Shown: piece by piece, positions 40,483 through 50,008 of the stretch
Layout of the letters: the number at the start of each line of letters is the position of its first letter
How positions within the stretch are numbered: the stretch's first letter is position 1
Assembly (NCBI GenBank): GCA_964365305.1
Contig: CAYIPG010000002.1
Span: 1 to 59,247, forward strand
Reading direction: 5' to 3'
Length of the DNA: 59,247 bases
Source: an uncultured Candidatus Saccharibacteria bacterium
GTDB lineage: Bacteria > Patescibacteriota > Minisyncoccia > JACQLN01
The notes under the pieces: model-generated
Told to the model about the DNA's origin: nothing
The model's database searches: none
Seen by the model: the letters and a program-made list of their open reading frames with translations, nothing else
Made by a program: the position numbers and the translations under genes

Positions 40483-41796
40483 TTAAAACTTACCATCCAC
40501 GGATTTTAGGGCGCCATTCTCCAGCAAAAAAAGTTTGGAATCATTGGCCAAGTAATCAATTTCGCTAATAGCTTCGGGCCAGATGTGGATATTTTCTTGG
40601 CCGCGGGTGTCTAATTCAATCACATTCAATTTATCGTCAAAAATAAACATTAAATACTTGTTGGAATTATGCCAATATGGACTGGCGATATTTTTGTTTT
40701 CAAAAATAATTTCCTGATCGCCATTCTGGCGGGGCGGCTGTTCTAGAGAATCCTTTAACCAAATTATACCAGCGGAATTTTTATTAAAATAAGCGGCTGT
40801 GGAAGCATCGGGCGATATTAGAATATTTTTGGGAACAAATTTGGCCTGTCCCAAAGCGGCTACATTTTGAACGCTGGAATCAAGAGAAAGCAGAATATCA
40901 GGATTTTTTAGAGCGATAATTCGGTTTTCTGTAACATCAAAATCAACAATATCGCTTAGGTTGAGATCAGTTATGGTTTTATTTTTAAGATCTAATTGAA
41001 AAAGTTGTTTGCCGATTTTGCTTATAACAGCGTCGTTGTTGAGCCAAACGATTTTATCGGCCTCAAATTTTTTAGGCAAGGGTGAAGCCGAAGGATTTTT
41101 AAGCAGAATTTCTTTTTCGTAAAGATCGTTTAATTGAATAAGCAAATTCGGTTCTTTCCGCCAAACATACCAGATTTTTTGGATGCGACCATTCAAAAAA
41201 ATGTTTCTTGAAAATAATAATTCCTTTGAGTTAGCCGACCAACTTCGCCCGTTTTTTATAAAATCAAGGCCCAGAGTTTTTCTTTTATCGGGAAAGTTTA
41301 TATTGGTCAGCGCCGCGAAGTTGTTTTCTGAAATAGTATTTATTACCATTTTTTGGTCGATTGTTTTGGCGGCAATTATTTCCTGATTGGGCGAAACAGT
41401 GAAATCCGCCAGACCGGCATTAGGCCAGATTACGCTCGTTTTTAAGTCCTGGGGAAACAGAACAACGCTTTTGGCTTCAACTACCAGACCGGGCGTTATT
41501 TCAAAATTCTTGGTCCAGTCCTGATAACCGGCCTTGGCAATTTTAATTTGGTACTTTCTTAACGGCAGCAGGTTTTTTATAAGCGAAGCCGATAATTTAT
41601 CGGTGGATTTATTATTTATATATATCTCGGTATCTGGGGGATAAATAGGCTCAATATAAATGGCTCCAGCCAACAGAAACTTATTTTTATCAAAATCCCA
41701 GCGATAACCGCGAGCATACATAATTAACACAAAACTTATTGCCACAAAAGCAATAACGGCGATTATAAACAACCCTCGGCGAGTTTTTTTAGTCAT
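40483..41796 (-). CDS. membrane-anchored PEGA-domain protein with beta-propeller-like C-terminal region
   Basis: N-terminal TM. PEGA-like TEIYINN...YQIKIAKAGYQDW. Confidence 0.7.
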   Translation of the reverse strand: MTKKTRRGLFIIAVIAFVAISFVLIMYARGYRWDFDKNKFLLAGAIYIEPIYPPDTEIYINNKSTDKLSASLIKNLLPLRKYQIKIAKAGYQDWTKNFEITPGLVVEAKSVVLFPQDLKTSVIWPNAGLADFTVSPNQEIIAAKTIDQKMVINTISENNFAALTNINFPDKRKTLGLDFIKNGRSWSANSKELLFSRNIFLNGRIQKIWYVWRKEPNLLIQLNDLYEKEILLKNPSASPLPKKFEADKIVWLNNDAVISKIGKQLFQLDLKNKTITDLNLSDIVDFDVTENRIIALKNPDILLSLDSSVQNVAALGQAKFVPKNILISPDASTAAYFNKNSAGIIWLKDSLEQPPRQNGDQEIIFENKNIASPYWHNSNKYLMFIFDDKLNVIELDTRGQENIHIWPEAISEIDYLANDSKLFLLENGALKSVDGKF

Positions 41797-41878
41797 GAGT
41801 TTGCGTGATTATTAAAGCATAATATCAATTCCAAGTGTAGTTGCTTTTTATCGCGAAATGTTTTTATATTAGGTTGTG

Positions 41879-43693
41879 ATGTCAAACAGCCCGGTCTTAA
41901 GAGTGCTTAGATTGCTAAAAACCGAGAAAAATACGGTTATTTTTTTGGTCGGACTGATTCTGCTGGCTTCCATTTTTGATATCGCCGTGCCCTTTATTTC
42001 CCAAAAACTGATAGACACGCTTATTAATTTCTTTACCCATAAAACCGCGATTCCGGTAAAGATTTTAATTTTATCGGCGGCTGGAATATTAGCGGCCACA
42101 GTTCTAAATAGAATAATTAAGTCCTTCTATAATTATCGTCTGTTTAAAAATTCCACCAAAATGGAAGATAAAGTCAGGCACGAGGCCTTTGACAAATATC
42201 TGCGGCTTCACACCCTGTTTCATCATAGTTCCAGCGGCGGGCAGATAATCGGCCGGATTGAACGGGGCGCTTCGGCGGTGTATATAATTATCAACGATAT
42301 TTTTGGACAGAATTTATTGCCGCCGTTGGTGATTTTTACGGGCGTGGTTATTTCTTTATTTATTAAAAATTCATGGATTGCGCTGGCAGTGTTATTGCCT
42401 TTGCCGATTTATATTTTGGCCGTCAGAAACATCAGCAATAAAATATATAACATTGAAAAACAATCCAACGAGGAATTTGAGGCCTTGGCTAAAGAGGCCT
42501 ATGATGTCGCTGGTAATGTTCACACCGTTAAAAGATTTTTTCAGGAGGATGTTGAAATTAAAAAACATACCGAATTATTGTCGCAGGCGCGTACCACCCA
42601 ATACGAAGCCGAGAAACTTTGGGCTATGGTGGAAAATACCCAGACATTTATTGCCACGCTGGGGCGGATAGCAGTGATACTTTTGGGCGGATTTTTTGTT
42701 ATCCGGGGTTTAAATACTATCGGCGAATTTGTGCTTTATATCACGCTCCAAAATATGGCTTATCAGCCTTTGGCCCAACTATCTGTTGTTTTGCCGCGCT
42801 TGCGCCGAAACATTTCGCGGGTGGAACGACTCTTTGGCATTTTGGACGAGCCGATTTTAGTTACCGATAAAAAAGGCGCGGCCATATTGCCGTTGTTTCA
42901 AAAACAAATTGAATTTAAAGATGTCGGGTTCAAATTTGGATCCAAAAACAACTGGGCCATAAAAAATTGTTCGGTGATTATTCCAGCCGGCACAACCGTG
43001 GCGTTGGTGGGGCGGAGCGGCAGCGGCAAAACCACCTTTGCCAATTTGTTGTTGCGGTCATTTGATCCGCAAGAGGGTTCAATAATGGTTGACGACCATG
43101 ATTTGCGGGATATTACCCAAGAAAGCTTGAGGAGGCAAATCGGCGTGGTGCCCCAAGAAGTGGATTTGTTTTCGCGCACTTTGGCCGAAAACATTGCCTA
43201 CGGCAAACCGGAAATTGGCCAAAACAAAATAGAAGCCGCCGCCAAAATGGCTTTGGCCCATGATTTTATAATGAAACTGGAACAGGGTTATCAAGCCCAA
43301 GTGGGCGAGCGGGGCATAAAACTTTCGGGCGGCGAACGCCAGCGCATCGGCATCGCCCGCTTAATTCTTAAAGATCCGCAGATTTTAATTTTTGACGAAG
43401 CCACCAGCCACTTAGACACCGAAAGCGAAAAATTGATTCAGCAAGCCACCCAGGCCTTAATCAAAAACAGAACCTCCATAATTATCGCCCATCGGCTATC
43501 CACGGTCATCAACGCCGATATGATTTTAGTGTTTAACCATGGCGAAATAGAAGCCCGCGGCGCCCACGCCGAATTGTTGCAATCCAGCCCCACTTACCGC
43601 AAACTTTATTCTTTGCAATTCAGCCGACAAGAAGAGTCCTTGGGCCAAGAAATCTCCGCTATAAAACAACCAGCTCTAGTATCAAGAGGTTAG
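41879..43693 (+). CDS. ABC transporter permease/ATP-binding fusion (MsbA-like exporter)
   Basis: 6-TM domain, Walker A GRSGSGKTT, signature LSGGERQR, Walker B ILIFDEATS. Confidence 0.9.
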   Translation: MSNSPVLRVLRLLKTEKNTVIFLVGLILLASIFDIAVPFISQKLIDTLINFFTHKTAIPVKILILSAAGILAATVLNRIIKSFYNYRLFKNSTKMEDKVRHEAFDKYLRLHTLFHHSSSGGQIIGRIERGASAVYIIINDIFGQNLLPPLVIFTGVVISLFIKNSWIALAVLLPLPIYILAVRNISNKIYNIEKQSNEEFEALAKEAYDVAGNVHTVKRFFQEDVEIKKHTELLSQARTTQYEAEKLWAMVENTQTFIATLGRIAVILLGGFFVIRGLNTIGEFVLYITLQNMAYQPLAQLSVVLPRLRRNISRVERLFGILDEPILVTDKKGAAILPLFQKQIEFKDVGFKFGSKNNWAIKNCSVIIPAGTTVALVGRSGSGKTTFANLLLRSFDPQEGSIMVDDHDLRDITQESLRRQIGVVPQEVDLFSRTLAENIAYGKPEIGQNKIEAAAKMALAHDFIMKLEQGYQAQVGERGIKLSGGERQRIGIARLILKDPQILIFDEATSHLDTESEKLIQQATQALIKNRTSIIIAHRLSTVINADMILVFNHGEIEARGAHAELLQSSPTYRKLYSLQFSRQEESLGQEISAIKQPALVSRG

Positions 43694-43749
43694 ATCGAAG
43701 GAGGTTTTTGTGTTTGAAATTTATTGGGCTGGTGTTAGGATAATGCCGT

Positions 43750-44754
43750 ATGGCTCTCAAAATAGGTATAGATTTAGGCACGGCCAATGTTTTGGTTTTT
43801 GTGCCGGGTAAAGGAATAATTGCCAACGAACCCTCGGTGGTGGCGGTTACTTTAGACGACAATCGGATTATAGCGGTGGGTGCCGCCGCCAAAGAAATGA
43901 TCGGCCGCACGCCCGAGATTATTGCCGCGGTGCGGCCGATTCGCGACGGCGTTATTGCCGATTACCGCGTTACCGAAGCGTTGATCCGTCATTTTATTAA
44001 AAAAGTAACGGGGCGGTTTAATTTTTTCCGGCCCGAAGTGATGGTGGCGGTGCCGGCCGGCATAACTTCGGCCGAAAAACGCGCCGTTATAGAAGCCACA
44101 CTTAAGGCCGGAGCCAAAGCGGCTTATGTGGTGAAAGAACCAATATTGGCCGCCATCGGCGCCGGCATTCCCATCAACGAGGCCTCGGGCAATATGATTA
44201 TAGACATCGGCGGCGGCACCACCGAGGTGGCAGTGATTGCTTTGGGCGGGATTGTCTGTTGGGCTTCGGCGCGGGTGGGCGGCAACGCCATTGACGCCGC
44301 TATTCAAAATTATATTCATAAGGTTCATAATTTATCGGTGGGCGAACGCACCGCCGAGCAAATAAAAATAACTTTGGGTTCGGCTTTGCCCCAAAAAGAA
44401 GAAGAAATTTTGGAGATCCGCGGGCGCGATTTGGTGGCGGGTTTGCCTAAAACCATAGAACTCCATTCCAACGAAATTCCCAAAGCCATTAAAGACACCT
44501 TGGGCGAAATAATTAAAGCCGTTAAAAAGGTTTTGCAGGAAACCCCGCCGGAACTGGCGGCGGATGTGATGGACAAAGGCATGATTCTTTCGGGCGGTAT
44601 GGCGCTGTTAAAAAATCTGGACAGTTTGATTACCCAAGAAACCGGCGTACCCTGCTATGTGGCCGATGAACCGCTTTTTTGCGTGGCCAAAGGCACTGGC
44701 GTGGCGCTGGAAAATTTGGAACTTTATAAAAGGGCGCTGTTTGCCAAAAGATAA
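43750..44754 (+). CDS. mreB: MreB/Mbl-family actin homolog (stand-alone paralog)
   Basis: IGIDLGTANVLVF..., DIGGGTTEVAVI. Confidence 0.9.
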   Translation: MALKIGIDLGTANVLVFVPGKGIIANEPSVVAVTLDDNRIIAVGAAAKEMIGRTPEIIAAVRPIRDGVIADYRVTEALIRHFIKKVTGRFNFFRPEVMVAVPAGITSAEKRAVIEATLKAGAKAAYVVKEPILAAIGAGIPINEASGNMIIDIGGGTTEVAVIALGGIVCWASARVGGNAIDAAIQNYIHKVHNLSVGERTAEQIKITLGSALPQKEEEILEIRGRDLVAGLPKTIELHSNEIPKAIKDTLGEIIKAVKKVLQETPPELAADVMDKGMILSGGMALLKNLDSLITQETGVPCYVADEPLFCVAKGTGVALENLELYKRALFAKR

Positions 44755-44785
44755 GGCGCAGAAACATCAGTTTTCGCTTCTGCAA

Positions 44786-44817
44786 GCGACTAACCTTGCT
44801 TGAGCAAGGTTAGTCGC
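44786..44817. repeat. 32-bp perfect palindrome GCGACTAACCTTGC-TTGA-GCAAGGTTAGTCGC
   Basis: Downstream of the stand-alone mreB paralog. No U-tract follows. Confidence 0.85.
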
Positions 44818-44902
44818 GAATATCCTCCCTCTTGATAATAAATTATTGAACCTCCTTGAAGTCGTTCAAACCAATGTTTCTACTAGCCACCATCGGTCTT
44901 GT

Positions 44903-45691
44903 ATGATCTATACCAGGCAACTAAATTATTTGGATTTAATTTTACGCAACAACAAACTTCCCCACGCGTTGTTGTTTTATGGCGCCGACACTGATGGGAT
45001 AAAGCAAATTGCCCAGGCGTTGATTTTTAGAATAAACACTCCGGCTTCTAGCTGGGCTGATTTTAATACAGATAATCAGTTAAGCCACACCATCAAAAAT
45101 GAATCCAACCCCGATGTCTTTTTGGTCAAATTAACAGCAGGCAAAAAAGAAATTGGCATTGCCCAAATTCGCGCGCTTAAAAGTTTTTTGTCCCAATCGC
45201 CTTTGGTTCTGGCCAAGAAAGCGGCCATTATTGAAAACGCCCACCGTTTAACCGAAGAGGCCTGGAACGCTTTGCTTAAAACGCTGGAAGAACCGTCGCC
45301 CAACAGTATAATTTTTGTGATCAGTTCTGGGATCGGATCTATCCCCAAAACCATTATTTCTAGAGCCCTGGTTGTGCCTTTTAATTTAACAGCAATTAGC
45401 GCCAAAATTGTTGAAAGTGATATAATTAAAAAATTGGCGGGCAGTGACGATATTTCTATTTACGAAAAATTTGATCTGGCCGAAAAGATTGCGGCGTCAG
45501 ACCGCCTGGCTGAATTTTTAGACGAGTGGATGCTGGTGTTGTATTCGCAGCTTAAATCAAATAGTCATTCTCAAGAAAATATTCTAACCCAAATCAAATT
45601 GATTCTTAAAACAAAAGGCCTTGTTTCTAAAACTAATGCCAATCCCAGAATAATGCTGGAGCGGCTCATTTTAGAAACCCATATTAAATAA
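44903..45691 (+). CDS. holB: DNA polymerase III delta' subunit
   Basis: LPHALLFYG, LLKTLEEPSPNSIIFVIS. ATG 44903 preferred over TTG 44846. Confidence 0.8.
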   Translation: MIYTRQLNYLDLILRNNKLPHALLFYGADTDGIKQIAQALIFRINTPASSWADFNTDNQLSHTIKNESNPDVFLVKLTAGKKEIGIAQIRALKSFLSQSPLVLAKKAAIIENAHRLTEEAWNALLKTLEEPSPNSIIFVISSGIGSIPKTIISRALVVPFNLTAISAKIVESDIIKKLAGSDDISIYEKFDLAEKIAASDRLAEFLDEWMLVLYSQLKSNSHSQENILTQIKLILKTKGLVSKTNANPRIMLERLILETHIK

Positions 45692-46794
45692 TGCAAAAAG
45701 CCATTCAGGTAATTTTTTTCTTTGTGCTGGGACTCATCGCTATTGTGGCGCTGACTGGTTTTTATTTTAGCGATCTATTGGCGTCGCAATCCGGTATTTT
45801 TTTAACCAATAATAAAGGCGCCGATTGGGGGCGTTACGGCGCGTTGGTTTCGGGCAGTAATTTAGGGCGATTAGATATTGCTGATTTGCAATACAATCCC
45901 AAAGACCATCGCATAATGTATCTGGCTACTATGGGCGGGGGTCTGTATAAAAGCGTGGATTCGGGGGCTAACTGGTACAAGTTGGACGATGCCAATAAAA
46001 TTCTTTCGCCTAGTTCAATCGTTTATAGCGTGGCCGTGGATTATACTTTGCCCAAATACGAAAAAAATAAAAACACGCCCGACCGGTTTTACGCGGCGGT
46101 TTATCAAAATGATTACGGCCGGATTTTAAAAACAGATAATGGCGGACTTTCGTTTAAGCAGGTTTATATAACCAGCCGGCCTAAGTTTGCTGTTTTTTCT
46201 GTGGTTGTTGATCCGCGCTTACCCAGCACGGTCTGGGCGGCCACGGCCGAGGGCTTATTATTAAAAAGTAAGGACTACGGCGAAACCTGGAAATTGGTTC
46301 AGGAATTTGGCGGTATTTTAAATTCAGTTCTGATAGATCCGCGTTCGCCCAATAATATCTTTGTGAGCACCTTTGGCAACGGAATTTTTACTTCGGCGGA
46401 TGGCGGAGCAAGTTGGACCGATGAATCCGAGGCCTTGCAAAGTTTTCCGCGCGCCGCCAGCATAGAAATGGCTTATCGCGATCCGTCCACCAACGCTATT
46501 TATTTAGCCACTCAATTTGGATTGTTAAAATCCACCAACGGCGGCGTGAATTGGCAGGCCGTCGGCGTAATTTTCTCCGATGAGGTTTTGCCGGTAACAG
46601 CCGTGGCGGTATCACCTAAAAATAACCAGGAAATATATGTGGCCGCGGGCAAAACAATTTATAAGACCGCCAACGGCGGTGAGTCCTGGCAGGTGCGCCA
46701 ACTGCCCGTCAAACAGCGAGTTCGGGTCTTATTGGTCAATCCCGACAATACCAATCAGGTTTTTGCGACTATAGGCAAAACCTCGCGGAGATAG
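45691..46794 (+). CDS. BNR/Asp-box repeat beta-propeller protein (Ycf48-like)
   Basis: Six SxDxGxxW-type repeats: SVDSGANW, TDNGGLSF, SKDYGETW, SADGGASW, STNGGVNW, TANGGESW. Confidence 0.8.
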   Translation: MQKAIQVIFFFVLGLIAIVALTGFYFSDLLASQSGIFLTNNKGADWGRYGALVSGSNLGRLDIADLQYNPKDHRIMYLATMGGGLYKSVDSGANWYKLDDANKILSPSSIVYSVAVDYTLPKYEKNKNTPDRFYAAVYQNDYGRILKTDNGGLSFKQVYITSRPKFAVFSVVVDPRLPSTVWAATAEGLLLKSKDYGETWKLVQEFGGILNSVLIDPRSPNNIFVSTFGNGIFTSADGGASWTDESEALQSFPRAASIEMAYRDPSTNAIYLATQFGLLKSTNGGVNWQAVGVIFSDEVLPVTAVAVSPKNNQEIYVAAGKTIYKTANGGESWQVRQLPVKQRVRVLLVNPDNTNQVFATIGKTSRR

Positions 46795-46828
46795 ATCTTT
46801 ATTATTCGTGATATGCTAACTTGATCTT

Positions 46829-47359
46829 ATGGAAATTGCTGATTTTAAAAATAAACTAAAAAATGCGTCGGAGTTTTTGGGTGGGGAATTAGCTAAAATA
46901 AGAAGCAACCGTATTAGCCCGGCTGTGGTAGAGGATATTTTGGTGGATTACTTTGGGGCCAAAACTCCGATTAAGGGTTTAGCCAGTATTAGTTTATTAG
47001 ATGCTCGCACAGTGGTGATTGAACCCTGGGACAAATCGGTTTTAGAAACAATTGCCAAGGCCTTGGGCCAGGCCGGTTTGGGTAGTCAGCCAGTGGTGGA
47101 CGGCGAAAAAATTCGTTTCGGTTTACCGCCCTTAACTCAAGAACGCCGATTGGAATTGGTAAAAATGGTCTCGCAAAAAGTGGAGGAGGCCAAAATAAAA
47201 AGCCGCCAACTCCGTGATGAAGCCGTCAAGGCCATTCAACAGGAAAAATCCGAGGACATTAAATTCCGCAAGAAAGAAGAAATAGAAAAAGCCATGAAAG
47301 AACATAATCAAAAACTGGAGGAATTAAGGGCTAAAAAGGAGAGGGAATTGATGAATTAA
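46829..47359 (+). CDS. frr: ribosome recycling factor
   Basis: RRF-like sequence (IRSNRISPAVVEDILVDYFG..., LPPLTQERR). Confidence 0.92.
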   Translation: MEIADFKNKLKNASEFLGGELAKIRSNRISPAVVEDILVDYFGAKTPIKGLASISLLDARTVVIEPWDKSVLETIAKALGQAGLGSQPVVDGEKIRFGLPPLTQERRLELVKMVSQKVEEAKIKSRQLRDEAVKAIQQEKSEDIKFRKKEEIEKAMKEHNQKLEELRAKKERELMN

Positions 47360-47364
47360 TTTTT

Positions 47365-48441
47365 ATGACTGTTTTGATATTTTTTATAGTTTTATCAGTT
47401 TTAGTGCTGGCCCATGAGTGGGGCCATTTTATAACCGCCAAGCGGGCCGGCGCCAAGGTGGAAGAGTTTGGTTTTGGTTTTCCGCCGCGGCTGTTTTCGT
47501 TCAAAAAAGGCGAGACGGTTTTTTCTTTGAATCTGATTCCTTTCGGCGGGTTCGTAAAGATTTTTGGCGAAAGCGGTGAACACGAAAATGAATCCGGCAG
47601 TTTTTCTTCGCTTAAGGTCTCTAGACGCGCTGTAGTAGTTGTGGCCGGTGTGGTGATGAATATTATTTTGGCGTGGGTATTGTTAAGCGTCGGCAACATT
47701 ATCGGCCGGCCGGAAATAATAGACAGCGCTAATGAATCCTTGGCCAAGGATATTAGTATTCAGATTCTGGAGGTAACTAAAAATTCTCCAGCCGAAAAAG
47801 CGGGCTTAACTTCTTCCGATCAAATAATGAATGCTACCCGAGACGGTATCACCCAGACCTTTATCAACATAGATGATTTTCAAAGATTTATTTCCCAAAA
47901 CGCCGGAACAGAAGTTAAACTAAGTATAAAAAGGGGCCAAGAAATTATCGGGATAAATATTATTCCAAGAATTAATCCGCCGGCGGGCGAAGGCGCGCTG
48001 GGTGTATTTTTGATAAAAGTTGGTTTGGTGAGCGTCCCTTGGCATTTGGCCTTGTGGCAAGGCGCTAAAGACACTATTGGTTTGATCGGTATGATTGTTT
48101 CGGGTTTGTTTTTTTTCTTTAAGACGCTGTTTTTGGAGGGTCGGATTTTGGGCGAGATTGCCGGTCCGATTGGTATCGCTTCGCTAACCGGCCGCGCTTA
48201 TCAACTTGGCCTAAGTTACTTAATTCAACTCACGGCGGTGCTTTCGGTCAATTTGGCCATACTCAATATTTTGCCTTTTCCGGCTTTAGACGGCGGCCGT
48301 TTGATTTTATTGGCGGTGGAAAAGATAAAGGGCTCGCCCTTAAACCAAAAAATTGAGCAGTTCATCAACACTTTTGGTTTTGTTTTATTGCTGGGTCTGA
48401 TGCTGTTTATTACTTGGAAAGATGTGGTCAAGTTATTTTGA
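47365..48441 (+). CDS. rseP: RIP metalloprotease RseP (M50 site-2 protease)
   Basis: HEWGHF zinc motif, internal PDZ domain, C-terminal LDGG motif. Confidence 0.9.
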   Translation: MTVLIFFIVLSVLVLAHEWGHFITAKRAGAKVEEFGFGFPPRLFSFKKGETVFSLNLIPFGGFVKIFGESGEHENESGSFSSLKVSRRAVVVVAGVVMNIILAWVLLSVGNIIGRPEIIDSANESLAKDISIQILEVTKNSPAEKAGLTSSDQIMNATRDGITQTFINIDDFQRFISQNAGTEVKLSIKRGQEIIGINIIPRINPPAGEGALGVFLIKVGLVSVPWHLALWQGAKDTIGLIGMIVSGLFFFFKTLFLEGRILGEIAGPIGIASLTGRAYQLGLSYLIQLTAVLSVNLAILNILPFPALDGGRLILLAVEKIKGSPLNQKIEQFINTFGFVLLLGLMLFITWKDVVKLF

Positions 48442-48542
48442 CTGTTTTGTTTGAATGAATATAGTCAAAAAAGATAAAAAAAGGTTACAATTCTATGCGA
48501 ACGCCTTTTATTGTAACCTTTAATTTAAGACCACTCGAGATT

Positions 48543-49088
48543 CTATGCGAGTTCAAATTTAAGTTTTAACTCGGCTTCATTTGTGATTTTTGTGGCAGTT
48601 ACTAAACGCACATAAGGCCGCAATTGAAAAAATTCAGTAACAAAATTTATTTCATTTTCACATTCGTAGGGCAACACAAAAACACTTTTTTGATACAACA
48701 TAAATCCAAGCTCTTTTAGTTTTGATCTCAATAATTCACGCCTTTGTTTCTTTTTGTCGGGGATGTCGAATATCACCAAGCGCCACTTTTTATCCCATTG
48801 CTTCGGCAACTTTATTTTAATCTCATCGATATTATATTTGAGTACTTTCTTGGTGCCATCTTCTGTCAGCACAATTTTTATAGTTCCATCTCTATTTTCC
48901 TTAAAATCAACTAGGCGTTCATATTTAAATTCTTTTATCAACCGAATAAGATATTTTCGATCAAGATCTTTGAAAGCATTGTGAGTGGTCTTGATTATTT
49001 TGTAATATTTTTGGGGCGATCTAGTTAAACTCAAAGCTAAACCAGCACTTAGCAACAATAAGATTTTCTTTTTGGTGGATGTTCGCAT
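48543..49088 (-). CDS. winged-helix (PaaX-N-like) plus Cas2/VapD-like domain protein, paralog B
   Basis: WDKKWRLVIFDIPDKKKQRRELLRSKLKELGFMLYQKSVFVLPY. Clear paralog of 30130-30699. Confidence 0.78.
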   Translation of the reverse strand: MRTSTKKKILLLLSAGLALSLTRSPQKYYKIIKTTHNAFKDLDRKYLIRLIKEFKYERLVDFKENRDGTIKIVLTEDGTKKVLKYNIDEIKIKLPKQWDKKWRLVIFDIPDKKKQRRELLRSKLKELGFMLYQKSVFVLPYECENEINFVTEFFQLRPYVRLVTATKITNEAELKLKFELA

Positions 49089-49270
49089 TTAACTTTCTTC
49101 TCTTTGCTTGTGTTCGTAATAATAAAAGGTGTTAAAACTATGCGATCGCTTAAAATAAACACCATTTTATTTTACCATATTACCATAGTTACCATGTTGT
49201 TGTACATTGTTAAATGTAGAGATGATATATATTGCAGAGATGATGTGTATTTACCGCAATATAACCAATA

Positions 49271-49307
49271 ATTAAAAATACTCCGAGGGATTTTTTCCTC
49301 GGAGTAT
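49271..49307 (-). terminator. intrinsic terminator of the Cys-rich ORFan
   Basis: Plus strand reads ATACTCCGAGG-GATTTTTT-CCTCGGAGTAT. A U-run follows on the minus strand. Confidence 0.8.
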
Positions 49308-49341
49308 TTGATAAGGGTTTGGTAGGTCAATGCTGTTTCAG

Positions 49342-49722
49342 CTACTTCAATTGACAATGGGGAAATAGCTCCGTTGGTTCTCGTTTTGACACCATACTGC
49401 TTTTGCGGAAAACCAGGGTCCAACGCAGGTTTCCGAACCGCTCGCATTTGGGCCCGTTTGCTCCCACAGCAAGAAAAATGCAGCAGTTGTCTTCTTGCCC
49501 CGCGCCGCATTTCTTGAGGTCAGCCACGGCATTTTCCGGACCGATAACCTCGAGTCGGCCAAAGAGCGTGCCACAAGAAGCTGACACCCCTTCGTAAACA
49601 ACTGGAACCTCGTCATCCGTGCAGCAGGAAAGCATTCCACCAAGATCGGGGCACACTACTCCCATGCTGCCACTTTTCTTGTTTTTGACCACCGTTTGAA
49701 TAGGGATCTTATCGCAAGCCAT
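49342..49722 (-). CDS. cysteine-rich hypothetical protein (GC-richer ORFan upstream of wHTH-Cas2-like gene B)
   Basis: SD AAAGGAG upstream of ATG 49722. 9 Cys, including two CC pairs. Intrinsic terminator at 49271-49307. Confidence 0.7.
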   Translation of the reverse strand: MACDKIPIQTVVKNKKSGSMGVVCPDLGGMLSCCTDDEVPVVYEGVSASCGTLFGRLEVIGPENAVADLKKCGAGQEDNCCIFLAVGANGPKCERFGNLRWTLVFRKSSMVSKREPTELFPHCQLK

Positions 49723-49806
49723 TTTTTACTCCTTTCTTTATTGGGTTTTTGATTGGGAAGGAACGATTTCAAACTAGCATTATTAATCAAATGGTGTCAA
49801 GTTTTG

Positions 49807-49835
49807 TTGTCAATGGGAGTTAGTGGTGCTAAAAT
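49807..49835 (+). promoter_or_regulatory. candidate sigma-70 promoter TTGTCA-17-TAAAAT (TGC extension) for the proS leader
   Basis: Sequence match. Confidence 0.5.
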
Positions 49836-49841
49836 CAATCA

Positions 49842-50008
49842 ATTATTTGGTATGCGACCCCAGCATCAAAATCCGACCATGCTTTGACAACTAATAAAAT
49901 TTTTTCAGCGATACGCCTGCGGCTTCTATTCTGCACTAAATTATATCATCGGCAGATTTGGTGCGGGGTTTATATTTTGTAGTCGCTCGCTTCGCTCACG
50001 AACAAAAT
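49842..50008 (+). promoter_or_regulatory. conserved structured 5' leader upstream of proS (paralog of the gatC leader)
   Basis: See 17218-17372. Helix GACCCC-A-GCAUCAAA / UUUGGUGC-GGGGUU. Confidence 0.6.

Noticed and set aside
49172-49643. Three further ORFs overlapping the Cys-rich gene (49172-49510 minus, 49347-49643 minus, 49403-49597 plus)
   Set aside because: They are typical shadow ORFs of a GC-rich patch. Only the 49342-49722 frame has an SD, an ATG and a terminator in the right places.
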